A stretch of 64,000 nt of DNA, taken from the NCBI GenBank assembly GCA_002839765.1, contig PGYR01000008.1:2541-66540 (forward strand), given 5' to 3'. Origin of the DNA: Ignavibacteriae bacterium HGW-Ignavibacteriae-4. GTDB taxonomy: Bacteria; Bacteroidota; Ignavibacteria; Kapaibacteriales; UBA2268. The number at the start of each line of letters is the position of its first letter. Positions within the stretch are counted from its first letter, which is position 1. The notes beneath the pieces were generated by a model. It saw only the letters and a list, made by a program, of their open reading frames with translations. It ran no database searches and had not been told where the DNA came from. A program made the position numbers and the translations under genes. Shown piece by piece: positions 51,017 through 61,234 of the stretch.

Positions 51017-52294
51017 ATGATAACAGACTTCCTTTACGAAATATATGTTCTCTTTATAGAAATGTCTCCTTACTTGATGATAGGGCTGGCGTTCGTGGCC
51101 ATCCTAAACATCTATATGACCAAAGAATTTGTTAAAAAACAAATTGGGAAAGATAGTATTTGGTCAATTTTCAAAGCTGCATTATTCGGTGTACCACTTC
51201 CTTTATGTTCTTGCGGTGTAATACCAACTACGGTATATATGGCTGATAGCAAGGCTTCGAAAGGTGCTGTAACATCGTTCCTTATTTCTACTCCTCAAAC
51301 AGGAATAGACAGCATAATAGCTACTTATGGAATGATGGGTCCAGTTTTCGGGATATTTAGACCAATATCCGCTCTAATAATGGGTATCATCGGAGGGCTA
51401 TTCATAAACGCTACAAACAAAGATAAACCTCTTCCTGAAAAGAAAAATCTTTCATTGAATGTGATTGCCGCTCCAACTAAAATGGCTGAAATAAAAGCAG
51501 ACAAACCTTTCTCAGTTAAAGCTAAATCATCATTAAAATATGCATTCGCTGATTTCCTAGATGATATAGTCGTCGAATTTTTAATAGGATTGGTCATAGC
51601 TGGAGCTATTACTTATTTTCTTCCTACTGAGTTTCTCGAAGGAACTGGGTTGAAATCTGGTATTTTAGGTATGTTGGTTATGATACTAATCGGAGTTCCG
51701 ATGTATGTATGTGCAACAGCATCTATACCAATTGCAGTATCGCTAATTTTGAAGGGGTTTTCTCCAGGTGTGGCATTTGTTTTTCTTGCTGTTGGCCCTG
51801 CTACAAATGCCGCAAGCATTGGAATCCTATCTAAGAGTTTAGGCAAAAAGCTAATTACTTATTATCTATTCGCACTTATTGTGATGTCTATTGGCTTCGG
51901 TTACCTACTAGATTTTGTATTTGCTTATACAGGTATAAACCCGCAAAAGCAATTAGCAACTCACGCTCATCACGAACATTCGGGACTAATTCCTTATGAA
52001 GTTCAATTAGTTCTAGCTACTATTTTTGCATTACTTGTGGTGTCTTCATTATATAGGAAGTACGGTGCAAAATACTTCAGAAATACCTCCAAAGTTGATA
52101 ATCGAGAATTTGTGAATGTAGAAGGTATGACATGCAACCACTGCGTAGCAACCGTAACTAATGCCGTCAATAAAATAGATGGTATTAAAGATGTTGAAGT
52201 GGATTTGTCTGCTGGAAAAGCATATTATAGTGGTGATATAGATAAATCAACAGTTAAATCTGCTGTAGAAAGTTGCGGATATACAGTGGGTTAA
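51017..52294 (+). CDS. DUF318/SO_0444-type metal permease with C-terminal HMA domain
   Basis: PLPLCSCGVIP, PMYVCATAS, HAHHEH, GMTCNHC. Confidence 0.9.
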   Translation: MITDFLYEIYVLFIEMSPYLMIGLAFVAILNIYMTKEFVKKQIGKDSIWSIFKAALFGVPLPLCSCGVIPTTVYMADSKASKGAVTSFLISTPQTGIDSIIATYGMMGPVFGIFRPISALIMGIIGGLFINATNKDKPLPEKKNLSLNVIAAPTKMAEIKADKPFSVKAKSSLKYAFADFLDDIVVEFLIGLVIAGAITYFLPTEFLEGTGLKSGILGMLVMILIGVPMYVCATASIPIAVSLILKGFSPGVAFVFLAVGPATNAASIGILSKSLGKKLITYYLFALIVMSIGFGYLLDFVFAYTGINPQKQLATHAHHEHSGLIPYEVQLVLATIFALLVVSSLYRKYGAKYFRNTSKVDNREFVNVEGMTCNHCVATVTNAVNKIDGIKDVEVDLSAGKAYYSGDIDKSTVKSAVESCGYTVG

Positions 52295-52305
52295 TATATA
52301 TCAGC

Positions 52306-53757
52306 TCAATTTACAAACGTTCTTTCGAATATTTCAAATCTCATGTCTAAATCTTCTATTAGTCTTAATTTATCTTTTTGGTTCATAAATGAATAATTAA
52401 TACTATTATAGACTATCTTTTTAAGATCCAAGTAGTTGAAATTGGAGAATGTTTGGAATAGTTTAATATACTGCTCTGTCATGTCAGTTCTTAGTACACC
52501 TGCATCATCAGTAGAGATTACTATAGGTACATTGTAATCAAAATAAAGAGATATGGGGTGAGATGATCCTTTTACTCCAAGGATAAATTCATTACTTGTT
52601 AGGTTGATTTCCACAGGTATTTGATTTTCAGCCATATATTTAAGTACACTATCAGAATTACTTTCATAAGCAATATCAACTCCGTGTCCTATTCTATCAG
52701 CCTTACCCTCAAATACTGATTCTTTGATATGCCAGGATAAATCTTCTGGCTTTACTAATCCAAGTGTTAGTTCGCCAGCGTGCATTGCCGTCTTTACGTT
52801 CTTATATTTATTCTTTAGGAATCGAAAGAATTGATTATGTAGCCAATAATCCCTCATAGAAATAGTGTTGTTCTCGGGTGCAACTATATTCACTCCTACA
52901 ATCAAATCGGAATTTGATGCAGATTCAAATGATAGAATCAAGTCTTTGAAAACAGAAGTTGGATTCAGAACTCTAACAACATAATTCTGATATCGAATCG
53001 TAAATTTATAATCATCTAGTTTTAATACTTTATGTAGTGAATCTACTTTCTGGTTGTGTGTATTTGCAATAGATTTATAAGAACTTTGACTTGAATAATA
53101 TTTAAACATTATCTCTAAAGAGTCTTGTATAGCTTTGTCTTTAGTTTCTTGAAGCTTGAAAAGTGTTGAATCAAAGATTTGATCTATTTCATATTTCGGC
53201 AGTTTACCAACACTAATAAACATAGATTCTATGTAACTAACATTTTCATTTATCGCTCTTTCCCTTAATTCTATAAGTCCTTCACTTATAGTATTTTTTT
53301 TAGGTATATCGAATTTTTCAAATGTAGCAAAAAAATGCTCATCTGTTGGCTCTGAGACATAGTTGTAATATAGGATTGACCAAGATTCTATTATCTTGAC
53401 TTTAGTATTTTGCCAATTTCCATCTGCCTTGATTGAGCTAATTTTTGACCATTCATTACTCTCAAGATTTGGAGGTGTCTGATCAATTATTTCATAATTA
53501 ATCTTATTTACCCATAGATCATTATCTTCGATATACTTGAGATATGTTTCTGCATAAATGGAGCCACTATAGTGATGATGCAAATCCCCACCTTTAGGCA
53601 TTCTTTGAAAAATCTGTCTGAGTTTGACATTATTATTTCTGTACATATTTAGAGTTGTATCTATTCTTGCAATTGATTCGAGCTCACTTCCTTCAGCTGG
53701 GATTATGACGATATATATGATAATTGTCATTAAAACTATATTATAAATCTTTCGCAT
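52306..53757 (-). CDS. Secreted adenosine deaminase (ADA2/ADGF-like)
   Basis: ATG 53757 gives a signal peptide; MPKGGDLHHH, HAGE, RIGHG, STDD. Confidence 0.88.
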   Translation of the reverse strand: MRKIYNIVLMTIIIYIVIIPAEGSELESIARIDTTLNMYRNNNVKLRQIFQRMPKGGDLHHHYSGSIYAETYLKYIEDNDLWVNKINYEIIDQTPPNLESNEWSKISSIKADGNWQNTKVKIIESWSILYYNYVSEPTDEHFFATFEKFDIPKKNTISEGLIELRERAINENVSYIESMFISVGKLPKYEIDQIFDSTLFKLQETKDKAIQDSLEIMFKYYSSQSSYKSIANTHNQKVDSLHKVLKLDDYKFTIRYQNYVVRVLNPTSVFKDLILSFESASNSDLIVGVNIVAPENNTISMRDYWLHNQFFRFLKNKYKNVKTAMHAGELTLGLVKPEDLSWHIKESVFEGKADRIGHGVDIAYESNSDSVLKYMAENQIPVEINLTSNEFILGVKGSSHPISLYFDYNVPIVISTDDAGVLRTDMTEQYIKLFQTFSNFNYLDLKKIVYNSINYSFMNQKDKLRLIEDLDMRFEIFERTFVN

Positions 53758-53904
53758 TGTCTTCTCTAAATATTTTTCTCTTCGACTCAAATCTAAATAA
53801 AAAAGTTGCTATTTCATTATTATTTGAAAATTCTGTGAACCTTTTATTCCAATTTTCGTTTTTAGAAATAAGAATATTTTTAAATAATAAATTGAGAGAA
53901 TATA

Positions 53905-54195
53905 ATGAAAAAATTAACAGTCCTTTTAGCAGCTCTAGTCATGACTAGTATATCATCATTTGCAGCAGTAAACATAAATGTCGATGCAAAGAAAAATAAA
54001 ATAGAATTACGGTCAGACAAAAATAGTATAGTCGAAGTGAATTTGAATCGATTAGATGGTGGTTTGTACGAACCAAGTTTTGTACCATCTAATAATCTGA
54101 ATATCAGTACTAAGAATTTAATTCCAGGTGTTTATAAAATAGAAGTAATTAGTTTACAAGAAGCAAAAACTGTACAGTTCTTGATTATCAACTAG
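53905..54195 (+). CDS. Small secreted protein consisting mainly of a T9SS sorting-like domain
   Basis: Signal peptide, then ..RLDG..ISTKNLIPGVYKIEV..KTVQFLII. Confidence 0.65.
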   Translation: MKKLTVLLAALVMTSISSFAAVNINVDAKKNKIELRSDKNSIVEVNLNRLDGGLYEPSFVPSNNLNISTKNLIPGVYKIEVISLQEAKTVQFLIIN

Positions 54196-54236
54196 TATTA
54201 CTATTGCTAGAAATTGGATTTAAAATTTAGCAAAAA

Positions 54237-54268
54237 AAAATCCTTTCTCAATTAAGAGAAAGGATTTT
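54237..54268. terminator. Bidirectional terminator after tRNA-Met and the small secreted gene
   Basis: aaaatcctttctc-aattaa-gagaaaggatttt. Confidence 0.85.
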
Positions 54269-54276
54269 CTGTTTTG

Positions 54277-54349
54277 TAGCGGGGACAAGACTCGAACTTG
54301 CAACCTTCGGGTTATGAGCCCGACGAGCTACCTATTGCTCCACCCCGCG
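54277..54349 (-). tRNA. tRNA-Met(CAT), initiator type
   Basis: CGCGGGGTGGAGCAATAGGTAGCTCGTCGGGCTCATAACCCGAAGGTTGCAAGTTCGAGTCTTGTCCCCGCTA; 1:72 mismatch; three G-C pairs in the anticodon stem; CCA not encoded. Confidence 0.96.
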
Positions 54350-54361
54350 ATCATTAGACTA

Positions 54362-54369
54362 CAAACATA
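54362..54369 (-). promoter_or_regulatory. TAnnTTTG -7 promoter element of the tRNA
   Basis: TATGTTTG 12 nt upstream of the tRNA 5' end. Confidence 0.55.
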
Positions 54370-54409
54370 AGGACATTTTTCCTTATTTCAAAATTATTCT
54401 ATTCATTTA

Positions 54410-56554
54410 TTATTGCACTACCAACTTCTTAGACGTATTAATACCATCTAAATTGATATTTACTATGTATATACCTTTAGCTAGCTCATTTGTAAATATT
54501 TTGTACCCAATGCTACTTGGGTTCAATCTTCCATTATAAATTGACTGCATTCTGTTTCCTAGTAAATCAACTAGTTCGATTCTAGCATTTTGAACTGTGT
54601 TTTTAATGTTCATATTCAGTTGAGAAATACCATAAGTCGAAGGATTGGGGTATAGCTCCAAATCTCCGACATAGTCTTCTATTTGCACCGATGTAATCAC
54701 TGAGTTAAGAGTTTTATGTAAGACACTAAGCGGGTCTATTTCAACTTTAGTAGGAAAGAAATCTAATTCAAAATTGAATGATTGTTCTTTTGAATTATTT
54801 ATAAATAACTCACTTAATTCGTAGTTATCATCATCTTTGTAAAGTTTGAATCTTACAGGAGTTGTGAATACTTTTGTAACATCTGGGTTTGCAGCTGTAT
54901 TCTGTTCTTGTAGCTGATTCAGAGTTGCTTTTATACCAAATTTATTTTCTTCTAATATGTCAACTCTTGTTCTAATATCATATTCTGGATGTCCAGGGCT
55001 ATAAACCCATTGGTCGAAGAATGTGTCTATATCTACTAATGGATTTTCTGCTTTCGATTTCCAAGCTGCTTTATATTCAGCAGTTGTTACTGATTGATAT
55101 CTGAATTCTGCTAGTATTTCTTTTAATACTCTAAAGAACTGCTTATCACCTAAATTGAGTCTCATTTGATGTAGAACAATAGATCCTTTATCATATATCA
55201 AGAATGCATTATCAGCAAAGAATGAGCTGATAGGTATAGCATATATAGAAATAGATGCATTATTTGGATTCCTTTTTAATACTTCTTTTACTTGTCTTTC
55301 TATTACATTTCTATAACTTTGCTTACCCTCTAGATTTTCTAGATAAATTGCTTCTGTATATGAAGCTCCACCTTCGTTCATCCATATATCTGCCCAAGTA
55401 GCACAAGTCATAGCATCACCGAACCAATGATGCCCCATTTCGTGGACAAACCCTGCGTCCTGCTCATCGTTTAGCCAATATCTATTCTGAGTTACCATAG
55501 TCTGATGTTCCATACCGCCATAAGGGAAAGGGAATACAGATACTGTACCATAACTAGAGAAAGGATATTGACCATAATTGTCTATTAGTATATCCATCAT
55601 CTGCGGATGAGTCTCAAGAGAGTTCACTGCTGTAAAATAGTCCGTGTCTCTATCTTCTGGCCAGAAATAATGAGTCGATGGTATAGTGTCGCCATCTTTT
55701 ATATAAGTCTGCTGTAAAGTATCAAAAATAGAAGTTGCAAAACACATTAAATAAGTAGCAATAGGTTCTTTGTTAATCCATTTGCTATAAATTTTATTAT
55801 CAACACTTGTACCTGATTCAAAAGTTGTATCTATAACACCATTAGAGGCTGTCGTGAACCCAATAGGTACTCCTAGTATAATTGAACTTGTTGCTTTATC
55901 ATAAGGTCTGTCGTTGCATGGCATCCAATATCTCGCTAATTCAGGTTCAGACATGGAGTATGCTATATTGTGTTCAACTATTACAGGTCTTCCAAATCTA
56001 TCTTTGTTTCCTAAATCATAGCCTTTGTGGTATATATGCATACCTCGATTTTTCCAAAAGCCATCTTCATCATCTGCAATTGAAACATATAATATTCGTA
56101 TGTCTAAAGTATCACCTTTCTTATAACCCTCAACATTTACATTAAGAATGTTATTAACAGCTTGAGGAACTTCATCAATCGGAATTTTATTAACATCAAC
56201 TTTTCTAATTGTCATATTTGCTGCATCAAATTCTATGTTCGAAACATCTTCTGTTAATAATACTTTAATTATAATATTTCCAACAAATTCCTTTCTTTGA
56301 TTAACAGTAGCATTGAGATTAGCACTTAAAGCAGAACTCAAATCGAGGAATAAATCATAATTAAGCACATCATAGTTTCTTCTTTCTACATCACCGTAAT
56401 CCTGTACTCTGTTATTCTTATGATAATAAGTACCCGAGGTAGTATTTTCTACATCGAATTGCTTGGTCTCTGCTCTAAGGTATTCAGGGAGTTCTTGCGA
56501 AGTTGAAGTGCTTATAGCTACAACTAAAAGTATAAGTATTATTTGTTTAATCAT
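54410..56554 (-). CDS. M1 family aminopeptidase with T9SS sorting domain
   Basis: ATG 56554 (MIKQIIL) gives a signal peptide; GGMEH, HEMGHHWFGD..NEG, YDKG; C-terminal LYPNPS..GIYIV..KKLVVQ. Confidence 0.92.
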   Translation of the reverse strand: MIKQIILILLVVAISTSTSQELPEYLRAETKQFDVENTTSGTYYHKNNRVQDYGDVERRNYDVLNYDLFLDLSSALSANLNATVNQRKEFVGNIIIKVLLTEDVSNIEFDAANMTIRKVDVNKIPIDEVPQAVNNILNVNVEGYKKGDTLDIRILYVSIADDEDGFWKNRGMHIYHKGYDLGNKDRFGRPVIVEHNIAYSMSEPELARYWMPCNDRPYDKATSSIILGVPIGFTTASNGVIDTTFESGTSVDNKIYSKWINKEPIATYLMCFATSIFDTLQQTYIKDGDTIPSTHYFWPEDRDTDYFTAVNSLETHPQMMDILIDNYGQYPFSSYGTVSVFPFPYGGMEHQTMVTQNRYWLNDEQDAGFVHEMGHHWFGDAMTCATWADIWMNEGGASYTEAIYLENLEGKQSYRNVIERQVKEVLKRNPNNASISIYAIPISSFFADNAFLIYDKGSIVLHQMRLNLGDKQFFRVLKEILAEFRYQSVTTAEYKAAWKSKAENPLVDIDTFFDQWVYSPGHPEYDIRTRVDILEENKFGIKATLNQLQEQNTAANPDVTKVFTTPVRFKLYKDDDNYELSELFINNSKEQSFNFELDFFPTKVEIDPLSVLHKTLNSVITSVQIEDYVGDLELYPNPSTYGISQLNMNIKNTVQNARIELVDLLGNRMQSIYNGRLNPSSIGYKIFTNELAKGIYIVNINLDGINTSKKLVVQ

Positions 56555-56634
56555 TATTATTGCCTTATTAATATTATATTTGTCATTACATACGTTATAC
56601 AAAGAAACATATTCTAACAAAAAAGTTACACAAG

Positions 56635-57462
56635 ATGAGCAATTTAAGTAAAAATAAAGATTTAGTATTGAATAATGGGGTAGAAATACCTTGGATTGGT
56701 TTAGGTACATATCAAATGCACGGATATGAATTAGAAAAAGCATTGGAAACAGCTTTAGAAGCTGGTTATAGACATATAGACACTGCTGCACTATATGGTA
56801 ATGAAGAAGAAATTGGAAATGTGCTTCAGAATACTGGAGTAAAAAGAGAAGACATATTCTTAACTACTAAAGTATGGAACGATGATCAAGGTTATGATAA
56901 TACTATGGCTGCTATAGATGTTAGCTTAGATAAACTTCAAACAGATTATGTAGATTTATATTTAGTTCATTGGCCAATCCCTGAAAAAAGAGAATCAACT
57001 TGGGAAGCAATGATTCAACTTTACGATGAGCGTAAGGCTCGTTCGATAGGGGTGAGTAACTATACGGAAAAGCATATTGATGAACTAATGAAAAAATCTC
57101 CGATTACTCCGGCTGTCAACCAAATAGAGATTACGCCATTCTTATACCAGAAAGAATTAGCTGCTAAATGCGAGTCTTATGATATAAAAATACAAGCACA
57201 TTCGCCGCTAGTTAGAGGCACTAGATTAAACAACCCTATACTTAAAGAAATAGCTGAGCAATATGTAAAATCAACAGCACAGGTTCTTATCCGCTGGTCT
57301 TTGGAGAAAGGATTTATAGTTATTCCCAAATCAGCGAACCCAGAAAGAATTAAACAAAACATTGATGTATTTGATTTTGAGTTGACTAGTGCCGATATAA
57401 GTAAAATAGATGCACTAGATAGTAAAATGCGAATTTCTTGGGATCCATCGGAGTTAGATTAA
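56635..57462 (+). CDS. Aldo/keto reductase
   Basis: GYRHIDTAALYGNE, DLYLVHWP, IGVSN, IPKS. Confidence 0.95.
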   Translation: MSNLSKNKDLVLNNGVEIPWIGLGTYQMHGYELEKALETALEAGYRHIDTAALYGNEEEIGNVLQNTGVKREDIFLTTKVWNDDQGYDNTMAAIDVSLDKLQTDYVDLYLVHWPIPEKRESTWEAMIQLYDERKARSIGVSNYTEKHIDELMKKSPITPAVNQIEITPFLYQKELAAKCESYDIKIQAHSPLVRGTRLNNPILKEIAEQYVKSTAQVLIRWSLEKGFIVIPKSANPERIKQNIDVFDFELTSADISKIDALDSKMRISWDPSELD

Positions 57463-58475
57463 TGTCCAAAGCAGGTAGAATAGATACTTCTAATAGAATT
57501 GTAACTGATAGTTACTCTTCTCGTGGTGGTAGATATTTGCCTGTAAATAATGCCCCAAAGAAAAAGGCCTCTATAAAGCTGAGGAAAGGGGAGATTGTAT
57601 TAGGACAAATCTTAGAAAAAGTTAGTAAAGAAGTTTTCAAAATCAAATTACCAAATGGTATTTTCAAAGCGATTATCCACCCAAGTTTGAAACAAGGTGA
57701 TCGACTTTACTTTCTAATAAAAGAGATAGAACCATCATTAGTTATTTCTGTTCATTCAACTGATTTGATATTAACCAATGGTAAAATAGATATAGAAGAG
57801 ATATTAAGAGTTCTGGATATCCCAGAAAGCGATGTTACAAGTAGTACAATACATGAGTATTCCCTCAGAGTCAATAGGCTACTCAGGCATGTTATAATAG
57901 ATATAGTGGAACTGACAGAGGAATACAGAAAGCAAAAGAAAAAATATAATCTAACTCACAATATAGAATTCATTCTGATTGATTTATATTTAACTGGCTA
58001 TAATATACAGGATAAGAATATACTAAACTTAGTCCTAAATTATATTTCTCCATCCTCTATCAGATTAGAAGTTGGCTCAATAATCCCAAACATTAATAAA
58101 ATAGACGAATTAGCTAAATACAATTCCTCTTTTGTTGATGCACTTTATGTTAGAAATTTGGCAGCAAAACTTAATGATGCCCAGACAGTTTACTATGTTA
58201 ATATAAAAGGGAATAATTATAGAATTGAGCTTTTCAAAAAACATAAAATCCTCCAAGCTATCATTTCGGATGAGAAAAATATAGATATAAAAATAGTAAT
58301 TAATGAGCGGGATGGAAGAGCTAAAGTTTACTATAAGAAACTCTACATAAATATCAGAAAAATTGAAAAAATCGCTAACTATGATGTTAGTTATGAGCTT
58401 TCAGATAAGATTTTCATTAATTCTTACTCCGAAAGTATGGATGGTCAAAACCAGAAAATAACCTATGTTATTTAA
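57462..58475 (+). CDS. Hypothetical protein
   Basis: TAATG-coupled to the AKR gene; N-terminal small beta domain (LRKGEIVLGQI..LKQGDRLYFLI); remainder unrecognised. Confidence 0.6.
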   Translation: MSKAGRIDTSNRIVTDSYSSRGGRYLPVNNAPKKKASIKLRKGEIVLGQILEKVSKEVFKIKLPNGIFKAIIHPSLKQGDRLYFLIKEIEPSLVISVHSTDLILTNGKIDIEEILRVLDIPESDVTSSTIHEYSLRVNRLLRHVIIDIVELTEEYRKQKKKYNLTHNIEFILIDLYLTGYNIQDKNILNLVLNYISPSSIRLEVGSIIPNINKIDELAKYNSSFVDALYVRNLAAKLNDAQTVYYVNIKGNNYRIELFKKHKILQAIISDEKNIDIKIVINERDGRAKVYYKKLYINIRKIEKIANYDVSYELSDKIFINSYSESMDGQNQKITYVI

Positions 58476-58549
58476 TATTACGTCTCACACAAATCGATAA
58501 CTTATTTCGTATATTGTAAATGAAAATTATGCAATAATCAGAATAGAAT

Positions 58550-60835
58550 ATGAAAATCAGGAAAGAAGACGCATTAAACTATCATTCCAAATCACCAGCT
58601 GGAAAAATAGAAGTCGTACCAACAAAACCATTTATAACTCAAAGAGATCTATCACTTGCTTACTCTCCCGGAGTGGCTTATCCTTGTTTAGAAATCGAAA
58701 AGAACCCCGATGATGTTTACAAATACACAAATAAAGGGAACTTAGTTGCTGTAATTACTAATGGAACAGCTGTACTTGGACTTGGTGATATAGGAGCTGC
58801 CGCTGGAAAACCAGTAATGGAAGGTAAAGGTGGATTGTTCAAAGTATTTGCAGATATAGATGTATTCGATATTGAGTTGAATTCGACTAATACCGAAGAT
58901 TTGATCAAGGCTATTGAAATGATGGGCCCTACATTTGGTGGGATTAACCTAGAAGATTTCAAAGCTCCAGAATCATTCATAATAGAAACGGAATTACAAA
59001 AAAGATTAGATATTCCTGTATTCCACGATGATCAACACGGTACAGCCATCATTTCTGGTGCCGCATTATTAAATGCCGTAGAAATAGCGGGTAAGAAACT
59101 AGATGAAATCAAAATAGTATATAATGGTGCTGGTGCAGCTGCAATTGCTTGTTCCAAGTTCCACATGGCTCTTGGCGTTAAGCCAGAGAATGTATTAATG
59201 TGTGACCGACAAGGTGTAATCTACACTGGCCGCGAAGAAGAAATGAATGAGTACAAAAAAGAATTTGAAATAGAAACAAACAAACGTTCATTAGCAGATG
59301 CTATGAATGGGGCAGATGTATTTATTGGGCTATCTGTTGGTGGAGTTGTTGATAAAGCGATGGTGAAATCTATGGCTAAAACTCCTATTATCTTCGCAAT
59401 GGCTAACCCAGATCCAGAAATTACTTATGATGATGCAAAATCTGTTCGTAAAGATTTGATAATGGCTACTGGTCGTTCTGACTTTCCGAATCAGGTTAAC
59501 AATGTATTGGGTTTCCCTTTCATATTTCGTGGTGCTTTGGACGTACATGCTAGTGCAATTAATCTAGAAATGAAAAAAGCTGCAGCTTTTGCGCTTGCTG
59601 AACTTGCTCGTGAAGAAGTGCCTGAAAGTGTTAAATCTGCTTATGGTGTAAAAGAGATGTCATTTGGACCAGATTATATAATCCCTAAACCATTTGATCA
59701 AAGAGTTCTGACTTCAGTATCTCCAGCTGTTGCGAAAGCAGCTATGGATTCTGGTGTAGCTCGTATCAAAATCAAAGATTTCGATGAATATAAGCGAAGT
59801 CTTAATATTCGTATGGGGCGTACTCAGAGCTTTATGTCGCTAATGTACAAGAAAGCTCGTACAACTCCGAAAAGAGTTGTATTTCCAGAAGGAGATAATG
59901 CTAGAATTATCCGTGCTGCCCAATTATCTGTTGAAGAGGGGATAGCAAAACCTATTCTTCTTGGTGTTGAGGAAGATATTCAAAGAGTAGCTGATCAATT
60001 TGGTTATGAATTAGATGGAATTAAAATAATAAATCCAGCTACTTCGAAGAAAACTAAAAAATATATAGATGAATACTATAAGCTAAGACAAAGAAAAGGC
60101 ATCAATAAACATGACGCTGAAAAGAGAATGATAAACCATAGAAATTACTTTGGTTCTATGATGGTAGCTATGGGTGATGCTGATTGTATGCTAAGTGGAC
60201 TTAATACTAATTATGCTTCTACTATACGTCCTGCTTTAGAAACTATAGGTCATGATCCAAGATTCAATAAAGTTGCAGGTTTGTATATAGTATCTTCAAA
60301 ACAGAAAACATTTTTCTTAGCCGATACAACAGTTAATATAAACCCGAACGCTCAAGAGATAGCAGATATAGCTATCCAAGCGGCTGAAACTGCTCAACAC
60401 TTTGAAGTTACTCCTAAGATTGCACTACTTTCTTATGGTAACTTTGGCTCTGCTCAAGGCGAGTCTCCTAAGAAAATGAGAGAAGCAAGAAATATAATCA
60501 AAACTAAGAGACCTGATTTGATAGTTGATGGGGAAATGCAAGCAGACACAGCTGTAAGACCTGACATTATCGAATCTACTTTTCCTTTCAGTGATATAAA
60601 AGGTGGGGCAAATGTTCTTATCTTTCCTGATTTGAATTCAGGTAATATCACATATAAGCTACTTTCTAAAATTGGAAATTTGAACCTGATTGGTCCTATC
60701 TTAATAGGTATGTCAAAACCTGTTCATATACTTGAACAAGGAAGTGATGTGAATGAGATATTGGATATGGTCGCTATTGCAGTAGTTGATTCACAAGAAG
60801 ATAATTTGTCTAAGCAAATTAAAAAAACAAAGTAA
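58550..60835 (+). CDS. maeB: NADP-dependent malic enzyme with PTA domain
   Basis: [30 protein letters not shown]-terminal DGEMQAD. Confidence 0.96.
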   Translation: MKIRKEDALNYHSKSPAGKIEVVPTKPFITQRDLSLAYSPGVAYPCLEIEKNPDDVYKYTNKGNLVAVITNGTAVLGLGDIGAAAGKPVMEGKGGLFKVFADIDVFDIELNSTNTEDLIKAIEMMGPTFGGINLEDFKAPESFIIETELQKRLDIPVFHDDQHGTAIISGAALLNAVEIAGKKLDEIKIVYNGAGAAAIACSKFHMALGVKPENVLMCDRQGVIYTGREEEMNEYKKEFEIETNKRSLADAMNGADVFIGLSVGGVVDKAMVKSMAKTPIIFAMANPDPEITYDDAKSVRKDLIMATGRSDFPNQVNNVLGFPFIFRGALDVHASAINLEMKKAAAFALAELAREEVPESVKSAYGVKEMSFGPDYIIPKPFDQRVLTSVSPAVAKAAMDSGVARIKIKDFDEYKRSLNIRMGRTQSFMSLMYKKARTTPKRVVFPEGDNARIIRAAQLSVEEGIAKPILLGVEEDIQRVADQFGYELDGIKIINPATSKKTKKYIDEYYKLRQRKGINKHDAEKRMINHRNYFGSMMVAMGDADCMLSGLNTNYASTIRPALETIGHDPRFNKVAGLYIVSSKQKTFFLADTTVNINPNAQEIADIAIQAAETAQHFEVTPKIALLSYGNFGSAQGESPKKMREARNIIKTKRPDLIVDGEMQADTAVRPDIIESTFPFSDIKGGANVLIFPDLNSGNITYKLLSKIGNLNLIGPILIGMSKPVHILEQGSDVNEILDMVAIAVVDSQEDNLSKQIKKTK

Positions 60836-60864
60836 AAGCAATTTAAATATAGAATATTATAAAT

Positions 60865-60894
60865 AGACGATCGAATTAGGGTCGTCTTTTTTTT
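60865..60894 (+). terminator. Intrinsic terminator after maeB
   Basis: agacgatc-gaatta-gggtcgtct followed by poly-T. Confidence 0.7.
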
Positions 60895-60934
60895 AAATTT
60901 AAACTTATAGTTACTTTGTCAAGGGGGATTTGAG

Positions 60935-61138
60935 GACTGCCTAAAAAGTAATTTCAATTTACTGGACTTATATTTATATGATTAGCTGAAAGAAATAGTT
61001 AATCATTATAAACACTCCTTCAGTTACGCTTTGCGTGTCTGCCACCCCTGTTTCGCAAAACTTAGTTCTACTTAAAAAGGGGAATTAAATTGTATATTTC
61101 CCGAAAAGTTGAATATCATCCTACCTTTTTAGACAGTC
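60935..61138. mobile_element. Putative MITE / non-autonomous IS remnant
   Basis: Terminal inverted repeats gactgcctaaaaag (60935-60948) and ctttttagacagtc (61125-61138), 13/14 match; 204 bp, non-coding. Confidence 0.5.
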
Positions 61139-61176
61139 TATACAATTCTTAATGTGACACACAAAAGAATAGAACA

Positions 61177-61206
61177 CAAAAAAAGGGAACAATTTCTTGT
61201 CCCCTT
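61177..61206 (-). terminator. Intrinsic terminator after nuoN
   Basis: Minus strand aaggggacaa..ttgttccc followed by poly-U. Confidence 0.65.
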
Positions 61207-61234
61207 AGAGTTTTTCTTTTCTAAATCGGCTTTA

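Noticed and set aside
52306-53757. RADAR (RdrB) defence deaminase
   Set aside because: No adjacent RdrA ATPase; the protein has a signal peptide and is ADA2-like
54196-54409. tRNA-Met as an integration site for an island
   Set aside because: No duplicated tRNA 3' end and no integrase seen in the window
56555-56791. 79-codon N-terminal extension of the M1 peptidase overlapping the AKR gene
   Set aside because: ORF-caller artefact; the signal peptide begins at ATG 56554
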